Shown in pieces: positions 50,298 to 63,867 of a stretch of 64,000 nt of DNA (positions are counted from its first letter, which is position 1; each line of letters begins with the position of its first letter). Origin of the DNA: the human T2T-CHM13v2.0 reference genome, Homo sapiens. Position numbers and translations under genes: made by a program. The notes beneath the pieces are model-generated. The model was not told the DNA's origin, did no database searches, and worked only from the letters and a program-made list of their open reading frames with translations. The DNA lies in NCBI RefSeq assembly GCF_009914755.1, contig NC_060940.1; one strand, 5' to 3'.

Positions 50298-51130
50298 GAG
50301 TTAAAATACCTACTTTCAGTGTGAAAACAGGAAATGGAAATCTCACTGTTTTGTATCCTAGAATTCTACTGATATGAACATCATCTTGCTCTGGCAGAGG
50401 TCAATAGTGGTGCTCTTAGTAGAAGCAGATGACAGAACTCCTCACACCAGAAACACACATAGGTACACTGGAAACATACTCCACAGTGGCACATGGTGTG
50501 TCACAATTTCCTACATAGAATAGAATTTACTCTAAGATGAAGCACCGATTGACACTTAGGTGTGTGGGCACAAGTGTGGGTGCATATGTGTGTGTATAAG
50601 GAGGGCAAAAAAATGGGCTCTCAATCTATGAAATGATAGAATGTAGTTTTACTTTTTGAAATAGAAAAAAATTATACTTTATTCAAAAATTTCTCCATTC
50701 ATCTTGATTTGGCAAGATAAGTTTTAGATTTCTTCACTGTGGTCACTGGAATCTTCACTGGAATCTTGGTCCATCTCATGAGTTCATTTTCAATCATTTC
50801 ATAATAAATATTTGTTGATTTAATTGATTTTTAAACAAGGAGTCTAAAGAAAATGAGCTGGTATTTTTCTTTATGAAAAATACTTATGAGCAGTATCGCA
50901 GTCTACAGATGAAATGGATCCTACAGTTCTTGGAGCTTTCCAAAACCAGATTCCTTGTGACATGGTAAACTCTTTACCTAACCAAATTTGAATTTGACAA
51001 ACCTCAGTTATGCATAGATGCCATCATCAGATTCCTTCCCTACAAATGAACACACTTAGCTCTGTGGAGATCATGGGAGAGTTGTGAACAACAATATTGT
51101 ACTTAAAAAAAATTTCCTTGAAATATTCAG

Positions 51131-51330
51131 GTATAGTGTGGTGCTAAAGGTGGAAGGTTTTGAGTTAAAAAGCTTGAATTAGAATTCTGGCTCTACTACT
51201 TTATGTGTGACTTTGGACAGTTTACGTAAAATGGGAATAATAGGAATAGCCATTTAGGATAATTGTGATGACTAAATTAAACAAAACAGGCACCATGCTT
51301 GGCACTTAGTAATCACTCAACAATGTTAAT
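51131..51330 (+). mobile_element. MIR SINE
   Basis: gaattctggctctactactttatgtgtgactttggacag...gtaaaatgggaataata. Confidence 0.7.
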
Positions 51331-51344
51331 GTAACTGTTATTAT

Positions 51345-51844
51345 TATTTCTTCTTTTTTTGTCTCCTTTTCTTAAGCTTTTAAGTTGAGGAGTACATGTG
51401 CAGGTTTGTGACACAAGCAAATGTGTCATGGAGGGTTGTTGTGCAAATTATTTCATCACCCAAGTATTAAGCCTAGTACCCATTCGTTATTTCTCCTGAT
51501 CCTCTCCTTCCTCCCACCCTCCATCCTCCGATAGGCCCCAGTGTGTGTTGTTCCCCTCTATGTGTCCATGTGCTCTCCTCATTTAGCTCCCACTTATAAG
51601 TTAAAACATGCGGTATTTGATTTTCTGTTCCTGCATTAGTTTGCTAAAGATAATGGTTTCCCAGCTCCATCCATGTCCCTGCAAAGGACATGATCTCATT
51701 CTTTTTTTATGGCTGCATAGTATTTCATGGTGTATATGTACCACATTTTCTTTATCTAGTCTATCACTGATGGACATTTAGGTTGATTCCATGCCTTTGC
51801 TATTGTGAATAGTGCCGCAATGAGCATACACATACATGTGTCTT
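51345..51844 (-). mobile_element. 5'-truncated L1PA (about L1PA13-type) 3' end
   Basis: tacatgtgcaggtttgt...tttcatcacccaagtattaagcctagtaccc...ttttatggctgcatagtatt. Confidence 0.9.
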
Positions 51845-53599
51845 CATTTTGAAGCTAAAGGTTAATATATCAATTATAGTTTCTACATGCATTGGTGCTA
51901 TAAACCTTGAATCTAGATTATTAAAAGATTTGCTTATATGGGCTTCAAATATGTCTACTTTTTAATGGGTGGGTAAATTTGTGAACCACTTATTACTTAA
52001 GGCTAAAATACTTCCAGAGATCTTTTGCCTCATCAAACATGACTGTTTTTGTTTGTGGAATTCAAAGAAACCCATCATAACCTGATTCTCTTAAGACTAA
52101 TTGGATTTGTTGGAGAATTATTAAACAGACACACATACACAGAAATATAATTTCTGACATTTCATACTCTAAAGTAAAAGTTGAATTAAATGTAAGAAAA
52201 ATGTCATTTATTTTTTAAGGAGAGCATAAGGTGATAAAAACAGCCTCTCAATTAATGTTCATGCCCTCAGAGTCATACTTTAGAATTAATATAAATTAGT
52301 CCCCAGAAATCTATTTTAATAAGTCATTTGAGAAGAGAGAAAAAAATGATATAAGCATATCCCCTGAGAAATAAATAACTCTTCTTCAAGTTCAACTTGA
52401 GCTTCTGGACCAAAAGTGACTGGATCAAGAAATTCAGGTTAAAACAGAAGTATAAAAAAAAATGAATATTATTCTTAAACGGGATGGTCTACTTCTGAGG
52501 AGATTTGCATAAATCCCAAAGTCCAGTGGAGAAAAGTGGGCAAGAAGAAAAGACAAGTGAGATAAAAATTACTTAATAGGATTCAGAAGTCTTAGGGGAT
52601 TAACAGGAAAACAACAAAAGACTGCAGAGCCATTTCTCTATCCTTAAGAGGAGATCATTCAAAGCTATTTTAAAATCAAAGAAAACAGAAATAACTTCTC
52701 AAATCCATCCCTAGGACAAAAAGAAGTTAAATCTGAGCCCAATTTGTATTGAATTTTGTTCCTAAGAACAAATTGGCTTAGAAGAATATATAACTTCACT
52801 TTGGTAGGAAGGCACCAGAATAGGAGAAGACATCATTATTTGAGCCCTTGGCTAATTCTTTTAAAAATATTATTTAATATTTTATAAGCTTGATAACTTC
52901 ATCTTTCCATAAAATCATGTCTCTGAATTGATATTTTTCATTATCAAATTACATGGTGATTGAATCCGTGTAATTTGTAAATCCAATCCATTCACACACA
53001 CACCCACCCCAAGGTATCATCCAAAATTCCAAGTTTGTTTCTAACTTAAAAGTATAATAAAACAGAATATTGTTCTGTCTCTCAACTTACTGTACATTTG
53101 TTTTTGCCTCAAACATAGAGAAACCAAAAGCATTCTTTTCTAAAGATTTTCTCTTTGTTTCATAATTCATATTTATCTAGATATTTTCTTTATTTTTTCG
53201 TGATTTTTTCCACCAGTATTTCCAGAATCCAAACTGTATTGCCTTAAAGGGATGCACATAGGAAACGTGTTATCAAGAATCTTTTCACAATTAAAAAATT
53301 GTTTCATTGCTGCTCAGGCCACACTTAGCAGAAAGAATCCTGTTAAGCAGAAAGCTTGAGGTTCTGATTCCGGTTAAGTTAGGAAATCAGAATCAGTTGT
53401 GTTTGCTAATAAGGGTGGCCCTTAATTATAATGAATAAAGTCAAAGGATAATGCTTAGGAGACGAGAGTAAATTTAGGATATTAACAGACCAAAACATCA
53501 ATTCAAAGGGAGGGGGCAACACATGCCCCTTTTTCCTGAGACTGCACACTGCTAGTTAACAATTAGAGGGCTAAATAATGACAAGTATGTTCTTGAGGC

Positions 53600-53782
53600 T
53601 TTACAGCAATACATAAGCTTGACTGTATACAAGAATTGCTTAGGAATCTTGTCAAATATGATAATCCCTGGATTTTTACTGTGGAGACCCTAATCCAAGA
53701 GGCCTGGGTTAGAGTCTGAGGATCTGCCTGTCTAAGGAGACTCCCGGTAAATCTAATCATGAGAGATGTTTGGCAAACTCTG
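53600..53782. mobile_element. MER5-like hAT-Charlie MITE
   Basis: ggcctgggttagagtctgaggatctgcctg...ctcccggtaaatctaat...tttggcaaactctg. Confidence 0.5.
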
Positions 53783-54017
53783 TTTTGAGGTATAAAAAAG
53801 GAGCTGATGAGGCAGAATGGCTTTCTCTTTTTTTGTTTGTTATCAGTTACTTTCCCTTTTCTTCTCTCTCTCTCTTTGGTATCGGCTGCTTTGAAGCTGT
53901 GACCTCTTTGTTGTACTTTCTCTTTGTACTTTTAGAATTCTTTCCCTTTTCTTTCTTAATTTTGCTTTTCTGAGATTTTATTAAAGGTTTCACTACACAA
54001 ACTTCATAGCTTAGTGC

Positions 54018-54188
54018 AAGGGGCAGCGAACTATGGCCCCCAGGCCAAATCTGGCCACACCCACTCACTTATAGGTGTCTGTGGCTGCCTCTGTGCTACC
54101 ATGATAGAGGTGAGCAGAGACCATATAGCCCAGAAAGCCTAAATTTTTATTACCTGGCTTTTTACAGAAAAAATTTGCTCAACACTAG
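54018..54188. mobile_element. MER58A hAT-Charlie MITE
   Basis: ggcagcgaactatggcccccaggccaaatctggcc...gcccagaaagcctaaa...tttacagaaaaaatttgc. Confidence 0.75.
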
Positions 54189-54233
54189 CAAATTCAGGAC
54201 GGATGGAATCATTGAGCCTACTTTAAGAAATCT

Positions 54234-54578
<345 letters not shown>

Positions 54579-56987
54579 CTAAGTCCATACATTGGACGCA
54601 GCAAAGGATTGTCTAACAGTGGTAGGACAACTGATCCAATTTCAGCAGTGGAGAGTTATGTACCAGAATCTCAGGATAAAAGACTTCAGTCACAGAGACC
54701 AATCTTGCCTTAACCATGCTGAGTGGGTAGCTAGCTAATCAATTGTTCATTTAAGTCTAAAATTCTTTTGTATCATCTTGAGTCTCCTAACAGACCCCCT
54801 GGTCTGCAGCAGCCAGCGCTTACACAGATAAGAATCAAGTTGATAAGGCATTAGAAAGGGATTATGAAAGCCAGCTTAATTAAAGAAACTTCAATGGGAT
54901 CATAAATAATCAGTGCAAGTTATTAACTTTTGACAACTGCTCATCCGTATTGAGTTTGAATGACTTCTGGCCTATAAAGTCCTTAATCTAATTCTGAGTG
55001 AATACAGTTCATAAGAGAAAATGCTCCTTAGAATACATTGGCTCTAATCAACAAATCTTTGAAGCAGAACTTTCCTCCAGATATACCTAAAGATACTCTG
55101 AATTTTTTTATATTCGTATCTTTGATCTATTGTCTTTTTCAACTGAGAAACTTCACTGGCCAAGCTTTAGGAACTTCTATATAAAGCAGATCAAATGTCA
55201 TTTTCTTTATAAACCCTATCTTAGACCTTGTTGGAATCACTTTTTATTTTCTATTTATTCATTCAACATACTTGGATATTTGCCATGATAGCTATAATTT
55301 GATTTGGCAGTTTTAGTTATGTATGACCATGCATTCTTATTAAAGCATAAACCCCATGCAATCTCGCAGACCATAGTTTATTCTGCTCTGACTCCTCCAA
55401 AACGCCTCTAAAAGTGCCTTGCATGAAATAGATGATCAACATAATAATAGAACTAATCACAGTTTGTTCTCCTGTCCCCCATAGGCATACTTCTTATATG
55501 TTGGTCATATGTAGGTATCTAAGAAAAGTTTTCTCAGTAGGAGGTGTGTAACTTTTTCTTTTTGCTCATAAAATTCTCCTGAGAATTCAGGACACTTTTC
55601 TAATTTTGTTAATTTTTGTTTGCTTATTTTTTAAACACATCAGAAACTCAGCAAAATAAAGAGTGGTTATTTTGGAAAGAAAAACCAAGCTGCTTGATTT
55701 AATTTTTTAATTGGTGAGATAAACATTCTGTTCTGTGTTCTGCATGCTTTTCCATATTAGTGTTAATTTTTACCCAATGTGTCTATGAAATAGGTTGCTA
55801 TGTGGTTTTTAAAAAGTGGAAATATGGAAGCCTGAAGGATAGTGTAGGTCTGACTAATGCAATGACTCCAGGAACACTAAGAGACCACAAAGGACTTGCC
55901 AACACTATTTCTAAAAGGTTCTGGCAGGTGTAGTCTAGATCCAGATTTTCCAAACTGTGCTAGAAAGAACATTGATAGATGTCGTAGACGACAGTTCAGG
56001 TAACTATACTTACCTCATTAGATACACTGTGGTTTTCAATCTGCAAAATTTATACTGATGACTTCTGGATTAGATATGTTGTGGAAAGAGTGTTCAAGTA
56101 CAAAAAAGTTGCTGCAAAAAGGATAAAAGGTATGGAGTTATTTGCATTTATCAGAATGCAAAGTATATGCACTATAAATCTCATTTACTTCTATTACCTT
56201 GACCTTAGATGATAGCAGATAGCAAAGTTGGTGTGTGTGCACACACAGACCTTATACTTAAGTTTCTAGCTGAGATGATTCCTGAAAAGAGTGAGAGAGA
56301 ATTAGAGAGTAAGAGTGCACTAAGCATGGAGAAGAATCCCAGAGTGCCAGGAAGATGGGTGGGGAGACCCCCCGCCCTCCACCCCGCCCCAGCAGTTCTG
56401 ACAGGGGAGCTCCAGGATTCCCCTTTAGACTTCTTTTTTATGCACAGGAAGATAGAGATGAGGAAAGGAACAACTACTAAACAGCATTTAGGGAAGTTAA
56501 GTGTCTCAGCCCTGGGGCTAACTTAAATGTAAAGAAACAACACTACTCAGAAAATAGTAACAAAAGCAAATAAACCTTAATTACGATTTTGAAATTCAAA
56601 CCCAACATAATATGCCCTCAGGTCAATAATCTGTTTTATTCCAATGAACTTAGTAACTGCTTGGTGAAAGGATAAATTTATCCTTTTGGTTAATTTGTTT
56701 TTGAATACAGAATTTCACAGAGCTACTAGAATATACCTCTTGTTTTTCCCAGAACAGACATTCTCAAAGAGGGGTCTAGGAAGTTTTGCCTTTCAACGAC
56801 ACTTGTTTGTGAGGCCAAATTTTCTTCATTTATTTCAACCAAAAGGATATGCAATAGACTGAACACAGAAGCAGCTATGATACTCCAGCTGTCTTTTACT
56901 GAGACATTAAAATTTGAAAAGTATAAAACAATGCTGCATTTCTAACTCCTTTTTTGTAGATGTTAACATGTTATTTATGTTAACATG

Positions 56988-57725
56988 TGCTATGGTCTGA
57001 ATGTTTATGTCTCTCCAAAATTCATATGTTGAAATCCTCACCTCCAAGGTGATGGTATTTGGAGGTAATAAGAGAGAATTAGGTGATGAGGATAGAGCAT
57101 GAATGAATGGGGTTAGTGCCCTTTCAAGAGAGACCCCCTGGCTGCTTCCACTGTGTCAGGTTGGAGGGAGAAAAAGGCTAAGAGGAATTGCGCCTTTGCC
57201 AGAATCTGACGGTGTTGGTGCCCTGATCTCGGACTTCCACCATCCAGAACTGTAAGCAATAAATTTCTGTTGTTTATAAGTGTCAGGCCTCAGAGCCAAA
57301 GCTAAGCTGTCATTTCCCCTGTGACCTGCACGTATACATCCAGATGGCCTGAAGCAAGTGAAGAATCACAAAAGAAGTGAAAATGGCCGGTTCCTGCCTT
57401 AACTGATGACATTACCTTGTGAAATTCCTTCTCCTGGCTCAGAAGCTCCCCGACTGAGCACCTTGTGACCCCTGCCCAGGCCTGCAAGAGAAAAACCCCT
57501 TTGACTGTAATTTTCCACTACCCACCCAAATCCTATAAAACTGCCCCACCCCTATCTCCCTTCCCTGACTCTTGTTTTCAGACTCAGCCCGCCTGCACCC
57601 AGGTGAAATAAACAGCCTTGTTGCTCACACAAAGCCTTTTTGGTGATCTCTTCACACGGACATGTGTGACAATAAGCCACTCAGTCGATTGTATTTTGTT
57701 ATAGTAGTCCAAATGGACTAAGACA
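56988..57725 (+). mobile_element. MLT1A-type MaLR solo LTR split by LTR7
   Basis: tgctatggtctgaatgttt...aaatggactaagaca; TSD acatg 56983-56987 and acatt 57726-57730. Confidence 0.88.
57281..57671 (+). mobile_element. HERV-H solo LTR (LTR7 family, LTR7B/C-like)
   Basis: tgtcaggcctcagagccaaagctaagc...gtgtgaca; TATAAAA 57534-57540; AATAAA 57607-57612; perfect TSD ataag 57276-57280 and 57672-57676. Confidence 0.93.
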
Positions 57726-58233
57726 ACATTTAATGGGTTTATTGTTATTTTTAAATGAATTAATAAATAAAACCTTAAACAATTCCTCATTAAAATTTTG
57801 AATACATTAAATATCAACAGATATAACCCACATGAAGGAAACCTCTTTGGAATCCTCAATAATTTTTAAGAGTGTAAAAGGTCCATAGCCAAAAAAAAAA
57901 AAAAAAAAAAAAAATTGAAAACTACTATCTTGGAGAGAAGTCTCATATGATTTGTTTTCCAAAATTATTTGAATCATTACAAAAAGCAACCACACTTTTG
58001 TGTGAAACTATGTCATCACCATGACAAGGCTGGAATCCTGGAATATGAAGACAGTGATGGATGCTCTGAAAGGAAAGAGTTGTATCTGATTAATCCGTCT
58101 ATCTCTGTGTATGGAAGAGTTAATAGGAAAATAGTTCTTCCCAGAGGGGAAGATTGTGGAAGATTATTCTGAAATGTAATTTTATTATCCTCTTTGCATA
58201 GGGCACATACCAGGAGTTAAATCTTGGAGAAAG

Positions 58234-58321
58234 GGCCGGGCGTGGTGGCTCACGCCTGTAATCCCAGCACTTTGGGAGGCCAAGGTGGGCAGATCACGTG
58301 AGGTCAGTTCAAGGCCAGCCT
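58234..58321 (+). mobile_element. Alu 5' fragment (3'-truncated)
   Basis: First about 88 nt of an Alu, no tail or second TSD. Confidence 0.88.
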
Positions 58322-59838
58322 CAAAGCAGGGAGAATGATCTGAATAATTTCTGGAATCAGAGTGCAAGCATCCGCAGAGCCTTTTCATATGGCGAACAAA
58401 TGGGCTTGAATGGAAGGGTCAGGTTTGTGATAGAACCAAATGGATCAGGCTGAACTCACAAACAAGAGACCTTCTAAATATCTGTTTGAACATGAAGGAG
58501 AAAGGAAGAAAGGCAGGTCCAGATGAGCTTAAGTAAAGGAAGAGGGTGGTTCAAATGGATTTTAACTGACTTATTTTTATAAATGGATGTTGGAGACAAA
58601 AATATCCCTGGCACAAAGATGTCCATGTCATCTTGAACTTGAAAGGAAATTGTAAGTGGTGACTGAGAGGCTCTGCAAGTCCTGGCATCTCAAAGTTCTG
58701 CTTGTTCTTGAGATAAACAAAATTACCATAAGTCACTATTCATTCTCCCTTTGAGAGGCCAGTACAAGTCTGGCTTTGTTTGTTTGTTTGTTTGTTTTAT
58801 GATGTGCAATGCTATAATAATGAGGATGTGAGTATGGAGGGAAGAAACTGGAAGGGCACTGGTGCTGGTAGTGTTGGTGGTAGAAGGGTGGACAGAAAAG
58901 AAGGATTGGTTATTACAATGTGAAGGAGAGCAAGAATGGTTAAAGCTTTAAGGTTTGCAAAACTTTCCTCCTGGGATATGGTTTTCAGAGACTTCTTTTA
59001 GCACTTCTCCCTCTGAGCTGCTGGCATATCATGATGCCTTTTGCCTAAGTTGTTGTCAATAGACACTTTGTGTCTTTAACACAAATAGACAATGTGTCTT
59101 TAACACATGACTGTGATGACCCTAGGGAAGACATGACACTAGAGGGTGTAGGGGAGGATGCATTATCACAGGATCAGTTCTATACATCACATTCATGCAA
59201 AGCAGGCCTCCAAGAACACCAACCTTGTGCAATGACAGCATGAGTATTGAAACATTTTGTTTTTAAAACATGTGATGTGACTTTTGCCGTCAACGAACAA
59301 GGCTAAATGATATACTGCTCACAGCCTGCTCCTCTTTTTCTTTGTGATGAAAAGGACTGCAAAATAAGATTTTAAGTATTTACAATCATCTAATAAAATG
59401 CTTCATGAGTATTTATGAGGTACTTCTTTAACAGGATAAATTATAATATTAATCAAAATCAAGACTGCTACTTGGAATTCTTCTTAAACCCAGATCATAG
59501 ACAAAGCTTTGCAGGTATTTCCCAATTCATTAATTCTCAGTTGTTTATTTCATTCTTTCTGCATGTACAAGAATGCAGCTATTTGACAGGAAGTCAAACA
59601 ATCTTAATATGAATTGCTCTTTGCTGGTTTATTAGCTAAATCATGATGACTTGGGATATTGTTAATAATAAATAAAATATCTTCTAAGTGAATATACATG
59701 AATGCAATTTCATTATGTTACGATTTCCTCTCTGTTCTGTGATTGAGACCCCAAGGGAGGCAAATCCGTACATCACAGTTAATTCTTTGCACACCCTTCT
59801 TTCTCAGTCCTTCCCTCTTTCACCAATCAGCCCACTCT

Positions 59839-60371
59839 TGAAGTCATCCTCACAGGGTTAATCAGAATTCTAGACAGAAATATATTTATAATTAAGCATT
59901 ACTTAGACTACACTTTGACCCACTTCTTTGTAACTGAAAGTCACAGGAACACCAGATCTTGACCACGTGTATTGTCACTGTTCCTAGAAATAGGATCCTG
60001 ACATTAGAATCATAAGGCTTTTGTTTAAGAATTGCTTCAGATGCTTTTCAGATCCTGAACTCCAGCAGAATAGCTGATACTATCCAGTTTGAAGACCCTC
60101 ACAGAGGAATGAAATCAGCATGATAATTCAGTTTCTTTATCTTCCTGTCCCATGACTTCACCTTGCACCCTTCGACAAATCAACAGTCTCCACACTTTGG
60201 CCCACTCCAAAATCATTCAAAATTCTAGCCCCAAGCTCTCTGGGGAGGTGGATTTGAGGTCTCCTCCCATCTCCTCATTTGGCAGCTCTACAATTAAACC
60301 TCTTTCTCTCCTGCAACCTGGTGTCTTGGTTTATCGCCTTGTCGTGCACATTGGGCAATGAACTGATTACA
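59839..60371 (+). mobile_element. ERV1 MER4-group solo LTR, family not assigned
   Basis: TG...CA bounded (tgaagtcatcctcacaggg...tgattaca); ggggaggtggatttgag and attaaacctctttctc motifs. Confidence 0.65.
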
Positions 60372-61326
60372 GTTCTACTCTTAGAAGGGTAGGGATTGAG
60401 GCACAGCATTTTAAGGGAGTGAAACAGACCATTCAATGGTTTGGGGAGTTAGAAACCTAAAGGCATCCTTATTTTAAAATCATCTGTATTAGACCCAGAA
60501 AAAAATATCAGGAAGGAATTAGGTTGCTTTAACTTTTTGAAGCCCCATCTGATAACATATAAAATGAGTGAATATTCTGCAAGATTTGTGAGAAACCATG
60601 CAATAATTTATATGAGAATAAATTTTCATTTTGTTTTATTTGAACCCTAAGTTGTGTCAGCAAAATTGGTTTTATATCTAATTGAAATCTCACAAACAAT
60701 GTTTACGACTTACATAGTTTTTATTTTATCCCACAGCATTATCACTGTTAAAGCCATCACAAGTAGAGAAAAAAGGAAAAAGGCAGATTTAAGTAATATG
60801 ACCTGCCATGCTAAGAATCCTCCTATTCCAAAAAGGCCAGTGACAATGTCAAACTTTATTTGAGCCCTGTGCTCCTGAAAAACAGGGACAACAGGAACAG
60901 CCAAGAAATCTTCCCATCCCTTTTGTGTTCCCGGAAGTGCTTAGTGCAAAGGACCCCCCTTTTCCATATGGCTTGCATAAGAGTCAAAGATGACCCCTTG
61001 TACCTATGACAAAGCCAGATATATCGATCCTCCAAATTTCCATTCTTTGTCTCACAAGCAATTAGCTGAATGGTTTGTCTCTACTAACCTATCGGGACAA
61101 AATGTCCAGTAACTTTACTTATCTAAATTTTAATCAAGTTTCTCTCCTTAACTCAGACCTGTGAACCCTGGCCTATCCTTGAGCATTGAAATAAGGAACA
61201 ATCTCTCTTTAACAGCCCCTCCTGAGGCTTGGTTGACCTCAGGGAAACACATTCCCTAACAACTGTCCAGTCACATCACCCTCATATACCACTTCCCCAC
61301 ACCTAATATTTTCTGGCCTTGTTTTA

Positions 61327-62288
61327 AAAGGGTACCTGAGATTTGTTTCAATCAGGTATGATAAAATACACAGGCATGAAAGTGACTGGCATTGAAAGAA
61401 GTCTTTTCCAGTCATTGATCCCAAAAATCAGGAGGCACAGAAGGACATTCAGGGCCATATGAGGGAGCACCAGGGTTCATCAGGAGGCAGAGGAAGTGGG
61501 GGGGGTGATATGGTTTGGCTCTGTGTCCCCACCCAAATCTCACCTTGAATTGTAATAATCCCCACATGTCAAGGGTGGGACCAGGTGGAGGTAATTGAAT
61601 CATAGGGGTGGTTTCCTTCATGCTGTTCTCATGACAGTGAGTGAGCTCTCATGAGAGCTGATGGTTTTATAAGCATGTGGCATTTCCCCTGCTGGTACTC
61701 ACTCCATCCTGCTGCCCTGTGAAGAAGGTGCCTACTTTACCTTCTGCCATGATTGTAAGTTTCCTGAGGCCTCCCAAGCAATGCAGAACTGTGAGTCAAT
61801 TAAACCTCTTTCCTTTATGAATTACCTGGTCTCAGGCATTTCTTCATAGCCATGTAAGAGGGGACTAATACAAGGGGAAACCAAGAACAAAAGCCGTTAT
61901 TTTGGTTTCTGCAGGAAGAAATGGGGAGGCAGGGTAAGCAGGTGTAGAGGTGGCTAATCTGAATAATTTCAGCAGACTCTGCAGCATGGTGGCTGTCCCT
62001 GTTTGTCTGGTTCCTAGTCCTGGGGTGATTAGGTCAGAGGAATAGCAGCCCATGGGTAAAGCCCTGTGAGATATTAATAAAGGAGGTGGTGAAGGTATGG
62101 GCTCCAGATTGGTTTTCTTGCATATGAAAAGTGTGTTCATTAACATGTGAGTTGTTTACTGTCTCTAGGAATTGGTTAGCTCTGGGAGAGCCAATCCCTC
62201 CAGGGCCAGCAAGGGCCCAACTGTCAAAGCATCAAAAATACAGAATGCAAAGACATGATTTGCCTTATAAACATGATTATTAAGCACT
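61327..62288 (-). mobile_element. MER74-type ERVL LTR split by THE1
   Basis: Antisense matches tgatgctttgaca, ccaattcctagagacagtaaacaact, catatgcaa, taatcaccccagg, gctgaaattattca. Confidence 0.7.
61506..61872 (+). mobile_element. THE1 (THE1D-like) MaLR solo LTR
   Basis: tgatatggtttggctctgtgtccccacccaaatctcacc...gactaataca; TSD ggggg 61501-61505 and agggg 61873-61877. Confidence 0.92.
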
Positions 62289-62629
62289 AATTGACTCCTC
62301 TCTACAAAAGAAAAGATAATTTTGCCTGACCTCTGGGATCTTTGCTGATATCATGGTCACAATAGTCTCCCTATTGCTATTAATATAATCCCCCTTTCTT
62401 TTATTTCAATAACCTTTTGAATAAAGTGTCTCTTTACCCATGTCTGGATTTCTTTTTTATTCAGTACTAAGGAGACTGACCATTAGGTTCAGCTTAGTCA
62501 CTTTAGCGGGTTTCGGAGGTGTGGTGGGTTATGGCGGATGGGCCCAATGCAGGTCTGTATGAGATTGAGCCTGCTGCCTTATGATTTATCAGAAGAAAAT
62601 CTTTTATTTTAAAGAGTTTCATCAGAGTT

Positions 62630-63240
62630 AGTATATTGGTTTCCTATTGCTGTGTTAACAAATTATCAAACATGTGGTGGCTTACAACAATACAAGTGTA
62701 TTATCAAACAGTTATGGAGGTCAGGAGTCTAAATTAATCTCACTGGGTATCAGCAAGTTCCTTCTGGAGGCTGTAACCATTTTCAGCTTCTAGAGGATGC
62801 CCCCACTCCTTGGCATGTGGCCCCCTCCATCTTCAAAGCCAGCAATGGCCAGTTAAGTGTCTCTTATATTGCATCACTCTGCCTCTTCTGTCTCTGTCTT
62901 CCACTGTTAAAGTACACTTGTGATTACAGGGGGCCCACCCAGAAATTCCAAAATAATTTATTTATTTATGTATTTATATGATTTTAGAGATAGGGTCTCC
63001 CTATGTTGCCCAGGCTGGTCTTAAACTCCTGGCCTCAAGCAATCCTCTCACCTCAGCTCCAAAAGCGCTGAGATTACAAGTGTGAGCCACCATGCCCAGC
63101 CTATTTAAATTCAGTTAATTAGCAACCTTAATTCCATCTGCAACCTGAATTTCTCTTTGCCATATGATGTAATGTATTCATGGTTTGCAGGGATTAGAAC
63201 GTAGACATCTCTGAAAGACCAATTATTCTTGTTATATTCT
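62630..63240 (-). mobile_element. MLT1C/D-type MaLR LTR split by a FLAM
   Basis: ggtggcttacaacaa...ggaggtcaggagtc...ccatcttcaaagccagcaa...ccttaattccatctgcaac. Confidence 0.8.
62957..63101 (-). mobile_element. FLAM/AluJ left monomer
   Basis: Left arm only with (TTTA)n tail. Confidence 0.85.
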
Positions 63241-63867
63241 GGCAAAAGTGCCCTATAAATGCTGGCCTATTCAGCCCCATCAAGGTTGGCCTTACTTCTC
63301 CACCAAATGAAAAATAATCTGAGATGTTCCATTGAAATAACTATTGCATAAAGGAAATCTGCAAATATTAAAAATTATTTCAACAGAGAAAAATGGCATA
63401 GGTCTGGCTCATCCATTTTGAGATTTAATGTCAGAAACAGAATTTTGATTGTATTATTTATAGAGTTTTATAGATTCATACAGTACAAATGAATTAAAAA
63501 GTGGATTGTTGCATGGGCAGGAACCTAGCACTTGCCCAGGTTTCCTGCCTCAGTTTCAATATTCGTTTCCATGTAATCACTGTAGGTACTTCAACATCAT
63601 TGACAGAGCAAGAGTTTCATGAAACAGAAACAGAAAGTGACAGAGTTGGAATTTGATCACAGGTCCAGCTGTGAGAACTTGAGTCAATTACTGAAAAATG
63701 ATGATATAATTATCTATCATGAAATATTTTGTGGTATTCATGAAGATAAATTTAAGTATATTATATTAGAAAATTTAATCTACGTTACCTTTTCAAAACT
63801 AATAATGAATTTCATACGTAAAAATGATTTTTACCCTCAAGCTCCTTGTTTCTCCCACCTGAACCAT

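Larger units (their letters stand above)
56880..57928 (+). mobile_element. Charlie1-like hAT transposon end, split by MLT1A and LTR7
   Basis: atttatgttaacatg | taatgggtttattgttatt...cctcaataatttttaagagtgtaaaaggtcc...ttgaaaactac. Confidence 0.7.
60845..62463 (+). mobile_element. MER67-like ERV1 LTR split by MER74 and THE1
   Basis: Left part ends ggccttgttt (about 61325); resumes gactcctctctacaaaagaaaag...gaataaagtgtctc (62294-62463). Confidence 0.5.
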
